Origin: an uncultured delta proteobacterium
Lineage (GTDB): Bacteria > Desulfobacterota > Desulfobacteria > Desulfobacterales > JAHEIW01
Direction of reading: 5' to 3'
Assembly: GCA_963706575.1 (NCBI GenBank)
Contig: CAVPNL010000008.1
Span: 32,001 to 96,000, forward strand
Length of the DNA: 64,000 nt
Shown here: positions 27,201 through 40,700 of the stretch, one piece after another
How the letters are laid out: each line of letters starts with the position of its first letter
Numbering within the stretch: the stretch's first letter is position 1
Translations under genes and position numbers: made by a program
The notes under the pieces: model-generated
Seen by the model: only the letters and a program-made list of their open reading frames with translations
Database searches by the model: none
Told to the model about the DNA's origin: nothing

Positions 27201-27497
27201 AGCGGCACCGAGTTTGTCGACACTGACGGCACAGTGGGAATTAATGAGGGCGGTGGAGCCGGCGGCAGTTATTACGGGGTCACTGCGGTTGACAGCTTCG
27301 GGGATGAAAGTGCCCAGTCTTTAGGCATCAGCCCGGCTTCAGTCGCCTCATCGGCCGAAGCCGCGGTGGCGGCCTGTTTTGTCGGTGCTGTCAATGGGTC
27401 AATACCCGCGGGGCTGTTCTGGATTTTGGCGGTCTTTGCCATCGCGGTGGTCGTTGCCCATTGGCGCTCCCGCAATATGCGGGATTTCACTTCTTGA
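6223..27497 (+). CDS. Giant surface protein 2 (~7,100 aa after frameshift correction): signal peptide, four RWRNDD scaffold domains with passengers (Gly-rich, lectin-like, DNRLRE), DUF2341/LamG, beta-helix modules, C25 peptidase cassette, TM tail
   Basis: N-terminus [10 protein letters not shown]...[16 protein letters not shown] is a Sec-type signal. Long ORFs 6223-10464, 10600-13983, 14056-15168, 16525-18069, 18198-23771, 23865-24968 and 26751-27497 link through frameshifts, with no new signal peptide or intergenic gap. His codon 26621, Cys codon 26723. Confidence 0.85.
13790..14165 (+). repeat. Intragenic module '[10 protein letters not shown]...[10 protein letters not shown]' (FN3/Ig-like spacer); four copies at 13790, 18300, 52685 and 57650
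   Basis: Near-identical DNA and protein: [38 protein letters not shown]...RCPDI.YAG...[11 protein letters not shown]. Confidence 0.9.
14821..15220 (+). repeat. DUF2341 module '[23 protein letters not shown]'; three copies at 14821, 53718 and 56542
   Basis: Near-identical DNA encoding [32 protein letters not shown]...LAHEIEYY...[24 protein letters not shown]. Confidence 0.9.
15945..16325 (+). repeat. Intragenic module '[14 protein letters not shown]...AFTVDT' (Ig-like spacer); four copies at 15945, 32990, 34062 and 35703
   Basis: 'acgatcaacgaccacaatgacggcagcacgacctcgga' and the following ~370 bp recur. Confidence 0.9.
19305..20510 (+). repeat. YRSVG domain plus right-handed beta-helix module, near-identical to 51410-52670 in gene 4
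   Basis: Shared long identical peptide [60 protein letters not shown]... Confidence 0.92.
23634..27497 (+). repeat. Conserved C-terminal cassette, copy 2
   Basis: Starts [28 protein letters not shown] and ends [40 protein letters not shown]. Confidence 0.95.
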
Positions 27498-27549
27498 TTA
27501 GATATATTCAGGTGTTCAAACGGCCTACGGCACAAGGAGTACGGCAAAA

Positions 27550-27757
27550 GTAGGGCGACCCTCCGCGGTCGCCAATCGATGGCGGCGAGGGGCCCGCCCT
27601 ACATTTGACTCCGTTGCCCCTTTGCATGCCGGCAGTGAGTGATTCGTGGCTGGAAGCCACTCCCACCATATTTAAGTTGATGCGATAACCCTCTAATCTA
27701 TTTCCACAAAATGTGTGATCTTTCCAAAAAATGTGGGATGCGGCATCTTGCCGGCGA
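27550..27757. repeat. Cluster of REP-like palindromes downstream of gene 2
   Basis: GTAGGGCGACCCTCCGCGGTCGCC...GGCCCGCCCTAC doublet (27550-27602); TCGTGGCTGGAAGCCACTCCCAC (27644-27666); GTGGGATGCGGCATCTTGCCGGCGA (27733-27757). Confidence 0.65.
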
Positions 27758-27839
27758 TACAAAATAGGGCGGCCCTGCGTAGCCGCGGCGAAGTCAGCGC
27801 CTTTTGCGTGACGCAGACGGGCGTACCGCTTATTATCTT

Positions 27840-27975
27840 CTTCTTAACGCTTGGCGAATCGTACCTGCTTTTCTGTGACAACAACGAATTTAAAATATCT
27901 TTATAAACTTTTTCGGCTGTAATCATGGCTAAACACCTTCCTTGATAACTTATTCTATCATTTTGTCAATCAATT
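27840..27975 (-). pseudogene. Relic of the same toxin-antitoxin module: promoter fused to the antitoxin start, with the toxin deleted
   Basis: The minus strand reads MITAEKVYKDIL (ATG 27926), identical to the antitoxin start at 44698. 'caccttcctt' (27934-43, = 44706-15) is joined directly to 'gataacttattctatcattttgtcaatca' (= 44998-45026). Confidence 0.85.
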
Positions 27976-28178
27976 TTCAGCGGAGTGGGCGGCCGAAATG
28001 GGCGGCAAAGATAAGCTCTAAAAAACTCTGATTTTAGGGCTGAGTGCTGAAGGTAAAGGGAGCGGTCCTTGGGACCTCTAAGAGCGCTGCGCTTCAAGAG
28101 CACTACGTTTTAGGAGCGGCTCTTTGAGCCTTGAATCAGAAACCCAGAACCTGTCGGATGCTTTCTGTCATCTGTTTG

Positions 28179-28210
28179 CTGACACCTGACACCTGAACAC
28201 TGAAACCTGA
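28179..28210 (+). repeat. Heptamer tandem repeat (CTGACAC-like)
   Basis: ctgacac ctgacac ctgaaca ctgaaac ctga. Confidence 0.7.
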
Positions 28211-28407
28211 TACTACTTGAACCAATCAAACCAATAAAACGGTTTTTGAGTAAATCAGATCGAACATCGAAAAACCTTATTTCCCTCCAAAACTTAATTC
28301 TTTCCCTGAAAAATTCTTATAAAAAAATTTAATGAGCTATTAATTTTTTTTAGAGCTGAAAGCTTTCTTTCCTTTGCGAATAAAGTCATTCATACCGCTG
28401 TTTTTAC

Positions 28408-28434
28408 TCAAGATTTCATCATAATTGCCGATAA
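28408..28434 (+). promoter_or_regulatory. sigma28/FliA-like promoter upstream of gene 3
   Basis: TCAA-N15-GCCGATAA, a close match to the FliA consensus TAAA-N15-GCCGATAA. Confidence 0.6.
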
Positions 28435-28634
28435 TTAATTCAGGTAGGCCTGTGTTCTGAGCGTACGGGAAATGCAGATATGATGCAATATCCTGAAAAA
28501 ATTGAATAAAAATCCAAATCCTTGATGCCGAATATTTTTATTTTGGATGGCAAATTTTGCCTCAAATGGGATGATAAGGAACTCGTAAGTATTTGAAAAA
28601 AAAACAAAAAAAATATTTATTGTCTTGGATGCAT

Positions 28635-28650
28635 TGGTATATTTTTTGCA
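28635..28650 (+). promoter_or_regulatory. sigma54 -24/-12 promoter of gene 3
   Basis: TGGTATATTTTTTGCA (GG-N10-GC), followed by 'gataa...attgaaat' as at gene 2. Confidence 0.75.
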
Positions 28651-28761
28651 GATAATGATTGAAATCAATAAATTTTTTAAAAACCATCGTCATAAAAAAT
28701 CTGACGATCAAAAACACATATGACCCAGAAACTCTCAAATGGAAATGTGTTGCTGCTGCCA

Positions 28762-31700
28762 ATGAACAATAGAATATGTCAGCAGGGCAGAAAGGGCCGC
28801 AGCCGCGGCAGCGCAAGATGGACAGCCGCGGCACTGGTTCTGGTCCTTTTCCTGTTTGGCGTTGCGACCTCAGCCCAGGCTGCGTGGTATGACTCGAACT
28901 GGCAGTACCGCAAGAAGCTTACCATCGACTACAAAAAGTTGGGGCGACACTGATCAACTTCCCCGTTTTAGTCTCTCTTTCTTCCGATGCCGACCTTGCT
29001 GCCGATGCTCAGGATGACAATGACGATATCCTCTTCACCAGTTCTAATGGCACCACCAAACTGGACCACGAGATCGAATATTTCAACGGCACCACCGGCC
29101 AGCTCGTCGCCTGGGTGAAGATTCCCAGCCTCTCCAACACGGTGGACACCGAAATCTACATGTACTATGGGAATGGTTCTGCAACCAGCCAGCAGAATGC
29201 CGACAGGGGTGTGGGATGATGGCGGCTTAAATTACTACAAGGGTGTCTGGCATCTCAATCAGAGTTTTGCAGACAGCACCACATACGGCAACAATGGAAC
29301 CAACAACGGTACTACTGATACCAGCGGAAAGATTGCCAATGGGCGGGATTTCGAGAACAACCCGACCCCCTCCAACCAATACATCTCGGTGGCAGACAAT
29401 GCCAGCCTTCATATCTCGGACTACATCACCGTTGAAGCCTGGGTGAATCCGGAAACCGTTGGTGTTTGGGAGACAATTGTCTCCAAAATGAGGACGGGCG
29501 CGCAGGAAGACCTCTACTTTGTTTTAGACGACAGTACTTCTTCGCTATTTGTAGGTTTGAGTGGCGCTTATCTAAATTGGGACTCAGGTGTCGATATTAC
29601 TGACGGAAGTTGGCAACATGTCGCTATGACCTATAATGGGTCTAACCTTCGTGTTTACAGAAATGGGGCCCAGACGTCGGTGGGAGCCACTGGGACGCTC
29701 GACCTCGCTACGAACACAGATCCCCTTTATATGGGGTATAACACTGGATGGACTAACGAGCTCTGGGACGGACAGCTCGATGAAGTCCGGATCTCTAATT
29801 ACGCCCGTCCCGGCACCTGGATCAGCACCGAGTTCAACAACCAGGACGACCCCGGGCCCGGCGCCGGGTCGTTTTTCAAAAGCCTGGGAAGTGAAGAACA
29901 AGCGACGCCACCTCCATTTACCGCTCGGTGGGCACCACGGCTACCGCGCTGGCTAGTGGTGGCGCCGGTAGTACACAGGCAATTAAGATTCAGAGAGGCA
30001 CCGCTGACGTGCCCAATACCGGCACGACGCAGACTGCCCCCAGCAACTTTACGGCCTTTGGTTCATTAACCTCAGCATTTGTATTGAATAAGAATAACAG
30101 ATTTGGCTCAGCGGGTGCTTCTGCTCTCGACGCGACAAACAGACTTGTTGCTGATTTGTCTTTGAGAATTGAGCTTACGGCGACCGATACTATCACCTTT
30201 ACCAGATTAGCGACTGGCGATGCAGCTAATTATCGAGCTGATTGGGAATCCTGGGAATATGTCGGCGCACCCGGCGGTCCGAATGAATTTATTGTCCGTT
30301 CAAGAGATACGGTTACGATTACCGCCGGCAGTAGAACCAACGCCGCAACTCTTACCAATACGCCAACTGATATTAACAAATGTATTCCATTCATTACGGG
30401 CATTTCCAATACAAATACCGGGACAGCATCGCAAGGCCTGACTGCGCTTGCCTGGATATCCGGAGCCAATACGCTCAATATCGAACGTGGCGGTGACGCA
30501 AGGAGACACCGTTGTTCAGGTAGTCACCGTTGAGTTCACCGGTTCAAACTGGAGAGTCGGCCATGGTAGGACCAGCTGATTTTGATGGTGTTACTGGCGA
30601 TACCGGAACTGTAACTCTATATGAAGATGCTGATGGTCAAACGACTCCTTTCACCTTAAACAGTGTGAACAACGCAATCATTGGCTTCCGCCCAATTCAA
30701 AGGCGACGATACGGGTAACAATTATGCTATCGAAGATACCTACCCGGCAATGTATATCAGCAGCTACAACCCAGGTTTCCTGGGTATTTGATGTTGGCCA
30801 CGGCGGCACAGACAACCAGATCTTTGTTCATGTCCTTGAAAACTGCCGACATGTCTGTCACTCCGTTATCCACTAACTACCGGAAATGTGGCAGGTGATA
30901 GCGATGTCGACATTACTTCTGCCGGGGTTACAGACTTAACGAATACGGCTATCTTTGGGACTCGAGAATCATCAGGCGGAGGAACCGCCTTGCCTAGAGG
31001 ATGGATGAACTATCGGCTGACAAGTACGACAAACGCAGCTCTGTGGTGTACCCGTTTAGGGAATACAATTGAATCCAGAATTGAAATTGCCATTATGCCC
31101 AGGATCCAGGATCGGCACCAACGAATTGGTTATTTCCGGGTCAACCGCCACCTTTGGCACCGCCCTGGATGATAATATCGGCGTCGGCGACGTGATTCAG
31201 TATGATTCCGATGGCAACGGCAGCATCGATGCGCTGGCATTTGTTCACGGGCGAACCGACTCTCAGACCTATACGGTCAAAGACAAAGACGGTAATCCGC
31301 CCACAGCGGTGACGTCAGACTATGACTGGGAGATCTTATCGCGCCTATACCTCACTGGCCAACTGGGAATCTCAAACCGAAAATTCAAACATCACCGAAC
31401 CTGTCGAAAATGATGTCAATCCGTCAACGGATCTGGTCAGCGCCAATGCGATTATGATGGCGGCCTGTTATGCAGACGGGGCGGATACGACTGCAGTCAC
31501 CATCGACGGCTGGACCACCGGAGACAATAACTATATTAAAATTTATACACCGGTTTCTTCATCCGAGGTCGGCGCATCCCAGCGGCATAATGGTACCTGG
31601 GATGACAGCAAATATCGAATCGAATCCACCAGCGCTCCGATTAACATCGGCGCAGGCAGGTACCGGAGCTGCAAACGTGTGGATCGACGGGTTACAGATC

Positions 31701-34700
31701 TATTTGTCATCCGTAACCGGCAATGGCAATTCCGGTATCCTCTCTTATCAGACGGCCCAGGCAAATCATAGAATCAGCAACAATATCATCCGCAGCGTGA
31801 CAAACAATACTTACTCTTATGTTGGAATATATCTTTATGACGCTGCGGCGAGCAGTGAGGCGCGGATCTGGAATAACATCGTATACGGTTTCGATGGTAC
31901 GAATGCATCCGGCATCGGCAATTCCGATTCAGATTATACAGCCTACGTCTATAATAACACCGTCTATGATTGTACGACCGGTTATGGGACATCTGGGACA
32001 TCTATAGCCAAGAACAATATTGCTTTCAATAATGGTGATGACTATGCCGGCACCTTTAACTCTGCCTCTGATTATAATCTGGGTGAAGATGCGGCGTTCA
32101 GTGGAGACGACAATTATGTCCAGACGACCCAAACCGCAGCGCAGATGTTTGTTGACCCAACCGGTTCACCTCCTGATTTCCACGTCTTAGCCACTTCGGA
32201 TGCGCGCGACGCCGGCATAGCCCTTTCTGCTGATGCTAATCTGGCCTTTACAGACGACATCGACGGCAACACCCGCTCAGGGACCTGGGAGATCGGAGCT
32301 GATGAGTATATGTGTAGCCCAATCAGCTTTGATGCGGCTTCGGTCTCCTCAGGAGATGGCGAAGCGGCTTCCATTAGTTGGTCTCACACGGTTACTAGCA
32401 GCGGATCCGATCGCATTCTTGTGGTTGGTGTGAGCTGGCGAAATGGTGGTGCTGGAACACAGACCGTAAGCAGCGTGACATACAATTCTCAGCCGCTGAC
32501 CGAAATTCGGAAAGATGAGAAGTTTGACAGTGAATCCAGATCCAGCGCACTGTACTATCTCACCGACCCTCCCACGGGTAGTGCCTATACGATTCAAGTA
32601 AACTTTAGTGGAGCCGTCTACCGATCCGTTGGAGGCGCGGTTTCTCTCACCGGCGTTGACCAATCCGATCCCGTGGATGCCGAAAACGGTGTTGCCGGTG
32701 CGCTCCCCGACACTAACCCCAGTGTGACGGTCACCACCAATACGGATGGTGCCTGGGTTGTTGATGCCCTGTGTATTCGTGAACCAAGTGGAACGACAAG
32801 TGTTAGTCGGTGGACAGACAGAGAGATGGAACCGTCGAACGTCAATGCCCAATGGCATAGATGGTACAGGGTCGACCATGGGACCCAAGTCGCCGGCTGG
32901 TGACGTTACCATGAGCTGGACCACGGGGACCAATGAGGGTTACTCGATAAGTGCCGTAGCACTCAAACCGGTTTGCAGTTCTTCCAGCAATCAAACCCCC
33001 AGCGATCCGACGATCAACGATCACAATGACGGCAGCACGACCTCGGACAACACGCCTACCCTGGGTTTCACCCAGTCGGATCCCGACGACGCAGAGCAGG
33101 TCCAATACCGCATCCAGATCGATGATACGGACAACACATTCAGTAGCCTGGTGGTGGATTATACCTCGGCCCTGATGGCCGAGGGGGCCGCAAGTTTTAC
33201 GGTCGGCCAGGCTGAAGGATCGGGCACTTACACCGTGGGCAGCGCCAGCCAGACCCTGGCGGACGGCGACTATTTCTGGCGGGTGATGACCACTGATGAC
33301 GAGTCGGCTGCCAGCGGCTGGACCCAGGCGACTACGGGCAGCAGTGTCGCTTTTACGGTGGATACCTCCGGGTCCGTTGTCTCCTTTATTGGTAGCGGAG
33401 GTATTACGGGAACTTCCTTCTTTTTTGATATTGGTACTGCCGGTACAGATAGATTGGTTGTTATTATCGCAGATGATGAAAGCCAGAATATTGATTTAAC
33501 GGGAGTGAGCGTTGATGGGAAATCCTGCAACTACGTCGCTACGGCAAACAATACCCAGGATGCTACTGGAAACCACCAGGAAATGTGGTACTGCGATGAA
33601 GATGATCTCGGTGCTTCCAGTGGTTCGGTTAATGTAGCAATAACGGGGGGTGATGCGGGTTGGGCAATTCATGCGCATCTTTACACCGGCGTCAATCAGG
33701 GCGGGCCGACTGATTCACAGATAGATGAGACCTCGCTCACCCAAAACGAGATTCTGCCAGCTGCTGTTGATATCCCGGCAAATGGACTTCTCGTCTTTGG
33801 TGCAGCAAATGGACAATCAGGAAGCTACAACGATGCGGATTGGGATACCAATCCCACCGAGGGAAGTGACGACGGGCTGAGTCCTGAAATTGAATTGACA
33901 GAGGTCACTGATGGGCCCCATCCGTCTTCTGCCATATTGGCAACAGCGTATTGGATTTCAGATGTTGGTGCTCAAACAAATAGATTATTCCGAGCAAGAG
34001 GCGACGTCGCTAACAACCGCGGTACAGGTATCATCGCATCATGGGGCGAAGCAGCCGCAGGTAATCAAACGCCAGACAATCCGACGATCAACGACCACAA
34101 TGACGGCAGCACGACCTCGGATAACACGCCAACGTTGGGCTTTACTCAATCGGATCCCGACACCTCGGAGCAGGTCCAGTACCGGATTCAGATCGACGAT
34201 ACAGACAACACCTTCAGCAGTCTGGTGGTGGATTACACCTCGGATTTTATGGCAGAAGGGGCGGCCAGCTTCACCGTAGGTCAGGCGGCAGGATCGGGCA
34301 CATACACTGTGGGCAGTGCTGGGCAGATCCTGGCAGACGGCGGCTATTTCTGGCAGGTGATGACCACAGATGACGAATCGGCTGCCAGCGGCTGGACCCA
34401 GGCCACCACCGGCAGCAATATCGCCTTTACAGTGGATACTTCGCCAACTGCTCTATACCGCTCGGTGGGCATTACGGGCACCGCCCTTACAAACGGCAGC
34501 GGCAATGCACTCACCATTTCGGGTTCTACCGCGACATTCGGAAGTGCACTTGCGAACAACATCGGGGTAGGCGATGTCATTGAGTACGACTCGGACGGCA
34601 ACAGCTCCATCGATGCGCTGGCATTTATCCACGGCCGCACTGACTTTCAGACCTATACGGTCAAAGACAAAGACGGGAATACACCCACAGCAGTGACCGG

Positions 34701-37700
34701 AGACAACGATTGGGCCATTTATCGGGCTTACACCTCGCTGGCCAATTGGGAGTCTCAAACCGAAAATGCCAACATTACCGAGCCCACCGAAGATGACGTC
34801 AACCCCTCAAAAGATCTGATCACTGCCAATACGATAATGATGGTGGCCTGCTACGGGGATGGGGCTGATTCAAGTTCGACAGTGGCGATTTTAAGTACCG
34901 ACTGGACCACCGGTGCGGACAACTATATCAAGATCTATACACCGACTTCTTTGGCCGAGGTCGGCACCAGTCAACGTCATAATGGCGTTTACAGCACGTC
35001 TGCATACAGATTTGAACCAGCGCCGTCAGCTGATTATGAGCCCCAATTGGAAGTAAAAGTGGATTGCTGGATTGAGGGACTGCAGTTTTCGCGTCCCTCA
35101 GGCTATAAAGGCGTATCTGTATTATTGGATACCGACGGCGCTGCGGATACATTTAGCTTTAGCCACAACATTCTAAAGGCGGCGGATCAGCTGACCGATA
35201 CTGACGACTGGGGCGGCCTGCAAATATATGATTCGGGTACCAGTATTGTCAAAGTTTGGAATAACATCGTCTACGATTATAATATTCCTGCAACCGCCTA
35301 TTGGCAATTTGGTCTTAATAACACTTCCGCAGATGTTACCGGTTACTTTTACAACAATACGGCAATTAACTGTTATGTTGGCATCATTGGATACTTAGAT
35401 GGTATCGAAGTAATTAACAATATTGCTCAGGACGGCGTCTATGGCTATGGTAACTGGGAATCCGACCATGCTAACACGGGCTATAACATTTCAGACCTCT
35501 CCGATGCTCCGGGCAGCAACTCCCAGAATTCCATCACCCTGACCTTTGCCGATAAAGACGGTGACGACTTTCACTTGGACAGCACGGATACCACCGCCAT
35601 CGGTGACGGACTGGACCTTTCGTCGACCTTCAGCGACGACATCGATGGCGATTTGCGCAGCAGCTGGGACATCGGAGCGGACGAATATACAGCCGGCGGC
35701 GGCAATCAGACGCCCGATGATCCAACGATAAACGACCACAATGACGGCAGCACGACATCGGACAACACACCCACCCTGGGCTTTACCCAGTCGGATCCGG
35801 ATGCCTCCGAGCAGGTCAAATACCGCATTCAGATCGATGCGACCGACAACACCTTTTCCAACCTGGTGGTGGATTACACCTCGGATTTTATGGCCGAAGG
35901 GGCTACCAGCTTCACCGTGGGCCAGGCGGAAGGGTCTGGCACTTACACCGTGGGCAGCGAGAGCCAGACACTGACAGACGGCGACTACTTCTGGCGGGTG
36001 ATGACCACCGATGACGAGTCGGCTGCCAGCGGCTGGGCCCAGGCCACCTCCGGCGCCAGTGTCGCTTTTACAGTGGATACTGCTGCCGCCTGTTCCGGTG
36101 TGGTGTTCAATGCCCTATATGAAGGTACAACCCAGATTGCGGCGAGCGGATATATAGCAACGGTTGACATCAACGATGTGGATATGTCCAAATCCTTTCT
36201 GGTGTTCAGCGCCGCTGTTGACGACAATAATCCTCAGTGCACTCAGATTCGGGGTAATCTATACGATGCCGGTTCCGGCGACATTAAAATCGATTTCGAA
36301 CGCTACGAATCTACCTGCCCGATAGCCGATATCCGCTATTACGTGGCGGAATTTTCCAGCGGGGTGAGCGTGCAGCGCGGCACTAAGACCACTATGAGTT
36401 CAGACACCATAAATGTTCCCCTGAGCCCCACGGTGGATACCAGTAAAAGCTTTCCGCTGATCAGCGGCTTTGTAAGTAGCACGACACACAACGGTAATGA
36501 TTTTATCGAAGCTGAAATTACCGCCAACAATAATCTGCAGCTGAGGAAAAATACCGCTGACGGGACCGCCAAGGTTGACTGGCAAGTCATCGAGTATGCG
36601 TGCAGTACGGTTCAAAAAAATACCATCTCGAGCTGGGCAACCGGGTCGACAACCGACACACTCAGCCCCACGGTGGACCTGTCCAAATCATGGCTGATTT
36701 ACAGCTATAAAACCGATAATGGCGGTGATGCCACCATGTCGGAAAACATGGTGCGCGGGCGAATCACCGCTTCCAATGAGCTTACCTTTGACAGAGATGA
36801 TACCGGTTCCAACATCGATCTGACCTGGTATCTCGTTGAGTTTACCGATGCCACCACAGTTAAACACGGCACAGAAGATTTTGCGGCTGGTGACAGCCAG
36901 GAAAATGTCACCTTGTCACCGTCGGTTAACCTGGCGAGTACCATGGCGCTTGGTGGCATGTATATGCGGGGAGGAAAGAGCACGCATGACAGTGATGACA
37001 ACCCCGGCTACGGCTGGTTTACCTTTGATTTAACGGCCGACAACAACCTGCAGATTACCCGAAACGCAAATGCGGGTGCGGCTGCTGATGTGGGCTGGTT
37101 TGTGATCGAGTTTGATGCCCCTGCAACTGCCCCCTGGTATAATACCGACTGGCAGTACCGAAAACACCTCCGAATTGACTCATCCCGTGTTGCCGGTAAC
37201 CTTAGCAACTTTCCGGTGCTGATCAGCACAACCGATGCGGACTGGATAGAAGACAGCCAGGGTACTCCCGGTCATGTGGCTCAGACAGACGGCGGTGATA
37301 TCGTTTTCACAGCCTCGAACGGCACCACCAAACTGGATCACGAGATAGAGACTTACAATCCTGTCACCGGCGAGCTGGTTGCATGGGTAAAAGTGCCTTC
37401 GCTTTCAGCTTCGACGGACACCAACCTTTACATTTACTACGGCAACACCTCCCTGGCCGAGGCCTCAAACCAGTGGAATACTGCCGGGGTGTGGAGTAAC
37501 AATTTTAGAGAGGTGTTCCATTTAGATGAACCTTCCGGAACGCTAAACGATTCAAGTGCCAGCGGTTACACCGGTGCGGCCGGGGGCAGTGTGGCACAGG
37601 GCGTTTCCGGAAAAATATCAAAAGCGGTCGAATTCGATGGCTCGATAAACTCTCATGTGACTCTGTCTGACGGGAGCATGGCGGCTGACCAGACCTGGAC

Positions 37701-40700
37701 CTTCTCTGCCTGGGTCAGGGCAGACACAATCGCGGGCGAATGGGATGCGATTGTCCACAAGGGCAGGGATTCGAATGATGACTGGCAGGGTTTGTGGATA
37801 AATGGCAGCAATCGTCTGTCCCTCGGCTGGGAGGCGGATGGCGGCGGCGGTAACGTTGACGGCAGTGTGCTTTCGGCGGGCAACTGGTACTATGTTGCCG
37901 GGACCTATGATGGCACCAATCGAAGGCTTTATCTGAATGGTGGATTAGACGGCGGCCCGGATCCATCAGGACCTCACGACACGAGCATCGACGAAGGAAC
38001 CCAAATTGGCGAGGATTATCCCAATGGCAGCGCATTGGATGGCATCGTTGATGAAGTTCGCATTTCTACGATTGCGCGGCCTGCAGAGTGGCTCGCCACC
38101 GAGTACAACAATCAGCGGGCGCCTGCGGCCTTTTACACCGTGGGGATCGAGGAAACCGATGGCACCGACGCCGACCCCTTAAACAACGGCTGGCAATACA
38201 GCAAGAAAATTACCATTCTGGCCTCGGAAGTGGCAGCTGACCTGACAAACTTCCCGGTGCTCATCAGGACCACCCACGCCGACTGGAAGGAGACCTCAAA
38301 CGGCGGCAACGTGGCCCAATCCGACGGCGGGGATATCCTTTTTATGGCAGGTAACCGGATCACCAAGCTCGATCACGAAATCGAGATTTACGATGAGATC
38401 ACCGGTGAACTGGTGGCCTGGGTGGAGGTTCTCTCACTTTCAACCTCTCAGGACACCGACATCTACATCTTCTACGGCAATGCAAATGCGGTTGACCAGT
38501 GGAACCCCACCGGCGCAGGCGTCTGGGAGCCGAATTACGCCGGTGTCTGGCATATGAAGGAAACGCCGACGGTTGATTCCTATTCCTATGATTCAACAGC
38601 AGAAGATAATGATGCAACTTTTATGACGATGGCCAGCGATGACCAGGTGCCCGGAAAGATTGACGGCAGCCTTGATTTTGACGGAGGAAGTGACTATCTC
38701 GATCTCCCGGATGCCAAGCTGCAGGCCATTGATTCCGCCATTACGGTTTCGTGTTGGGTTGAACCGGATGTAGATAATAGTGAAATGGCGATTTATAGTG
38801 CGGGGCTGAACAGCGGCAATAATCAAGGTGTATATATTCAAATGAACTCCGACGGTACCCTCGGTTTTGAAACGGGTAACGGAACTACTTGGAATTTCCT
38901 AGACTCCTCAACAACCATTTCTACCAGTGGGACGCATATTGCCGCAACCTGGAATGGCACGACAAAGAAAATCTACATTGATGGATCAAAGGAACTTACC
39001 GAGTCTGGCTTTACAGGGCCAATCGATTACAAAGGAAGCGATACATTCATTGGATTGGGATGGCTACCGTCGGAGAGACCTTTCGACGGTGTTATCGATG
39101 AATGCCGTGTTTCCAAGGTCGCCCGCTCCGCCGCCTGGATCGAGACCGAGCACAACAACCAAAAAACGGACTCTACCTTTTATGTGATCGATGATGATTG
39201 GGTGGGTCCATGCTGGGACGGCAATTATGCTTACCGGAAAAAATTGACGATTACGGCCGGCAGTGACGATATCCCCGCTGGCTACTCGGTATCGGTGACT
39301 CTGGATCACGCTGCGCTAGTTTCTGCCGGCAAGTCTCTGGCGAGCGGAGATGACCTGCGGGTGGTGCACTGGGATGGGTCGAATTGGACTGAGCTTGACC
39401 GTGTTCTTGAGCCGCTTTCCGCCTGGGACGACGCATCGACTCAGATCTGGTTTGCCCTGGTCGACCCAATCTCTGCCTCCAGCGCGGACAGCACTTACTA
39501 TCTGCACTACGGTTATCCCTCGGCCAGCAACCCGCCGGATGACTGGGCCAATGTCTTTATGGTGGGAGACGATTTCAATGACGGCACTCTGACGAGCGGA
39601 ATGACAACTTCGACTGCCGGCACCGCGAGCATAACCGAGACCGGAGGGGAGGCCTTTATCGACCTGGGTACCGATGAGAACAATGACGCAGGTATCATCG
39701 TAACAGCGGACCCCCTGCCGAGCGATAAAAAATTTGCCATCCGGCACAAGACCAAGCTTGTGAGCGGTGGTGGGGTAGCGTTCGCCCCCGCTGAGGCCAA
39801 AGCCCTCGGTATTCTCCAGTGGGATGAGCCCGGGCCAACGGTGGCAGATAGCTCCATCGAGGGCACCAGGCGCCGGATTGTAGCCTTGCATTTCGTTGAT
39901 GATCAAGCGTGGATTCAGTACAACCCTGACGCACATGGCGGATCACAGCAGGCCGCCTGGAACGGAACGAACTGGGTCGAAGGCTGGTGGAATAAGTGGG
40001 GGGATCTTTCCCTGGATACGTACTACATATACGACCTGATCAGCAACGGAACAAACTGGTACGTGCGAGTGAGTAACGCCAGCGGCACGGTGCTCACCGA
40101 AACAGACCCCGTTGCCTGGTCGGTTATAGAGGACTATGACCCGGGTGATCCCTTATGGTTCTACTGGGGCGAGGTATACACGAACGCCTACTATGCCGAT
40201 CAGAAGAGCGACTGGGTTTATGTGCGCCAATACGTCGATTCTGAGCCGACAAGCTCAGCTGGGCGGTGAGGAAAATGGCTGCGACGGAGAAGCCACCGCC
40301 GTCAGCCTGATTTCCTTTACGGCCAAAGGCGCGGGCGCTGCGGTTCAGGTCAACTGGCAAACCGCCCAGGAGGTGTCCAATGTGGGCTTTAACCTGTACC
40401 GGGCAGACAGCCGCACAGGGCCGTTTGAAAAGATCAACGCCAGTTTGATTCCGGCGCTGAGCTTCTCTGCTTCGGGCCGATCCTATGGCTTTACCGACAC
40501 AAACGTGGTGTTGGGCAACCTGTACTATTACAAACTTGAAGACATCGATGTATACGGCACACGCACCTTCCATGGGCCCATCTGTGTGGACTGGGATGGC
40601 GACGGGCTTCCCGATGACTGGGAGATCAGATACGGGCTAAATCCTTGGGCAAATGATGCCAACATCGACTCAGACGGTGATGGGCTGACCAACCTGCAAG

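Noticed and set aside
27693..27926. 77-aa minus-strand ORF as a functional gene
   Set aside because: Only the first 12 codons match the antitoxin. The rest runs into REP-like non-coding DNA and has no HTH.
28547..28561. Additional sigma54 site TGGCAAATTTTGC
   Set aside because: The GG-GC spacing is 8 nt, not the required 10.
27500..28700. CRISPR array or integron attC cassettes in the spacers
   Set aside because: There are no regularly spaced direct repeats with unique spacers, and no cas or integrase gene. Only REP-like hairpins and heptamers are present.
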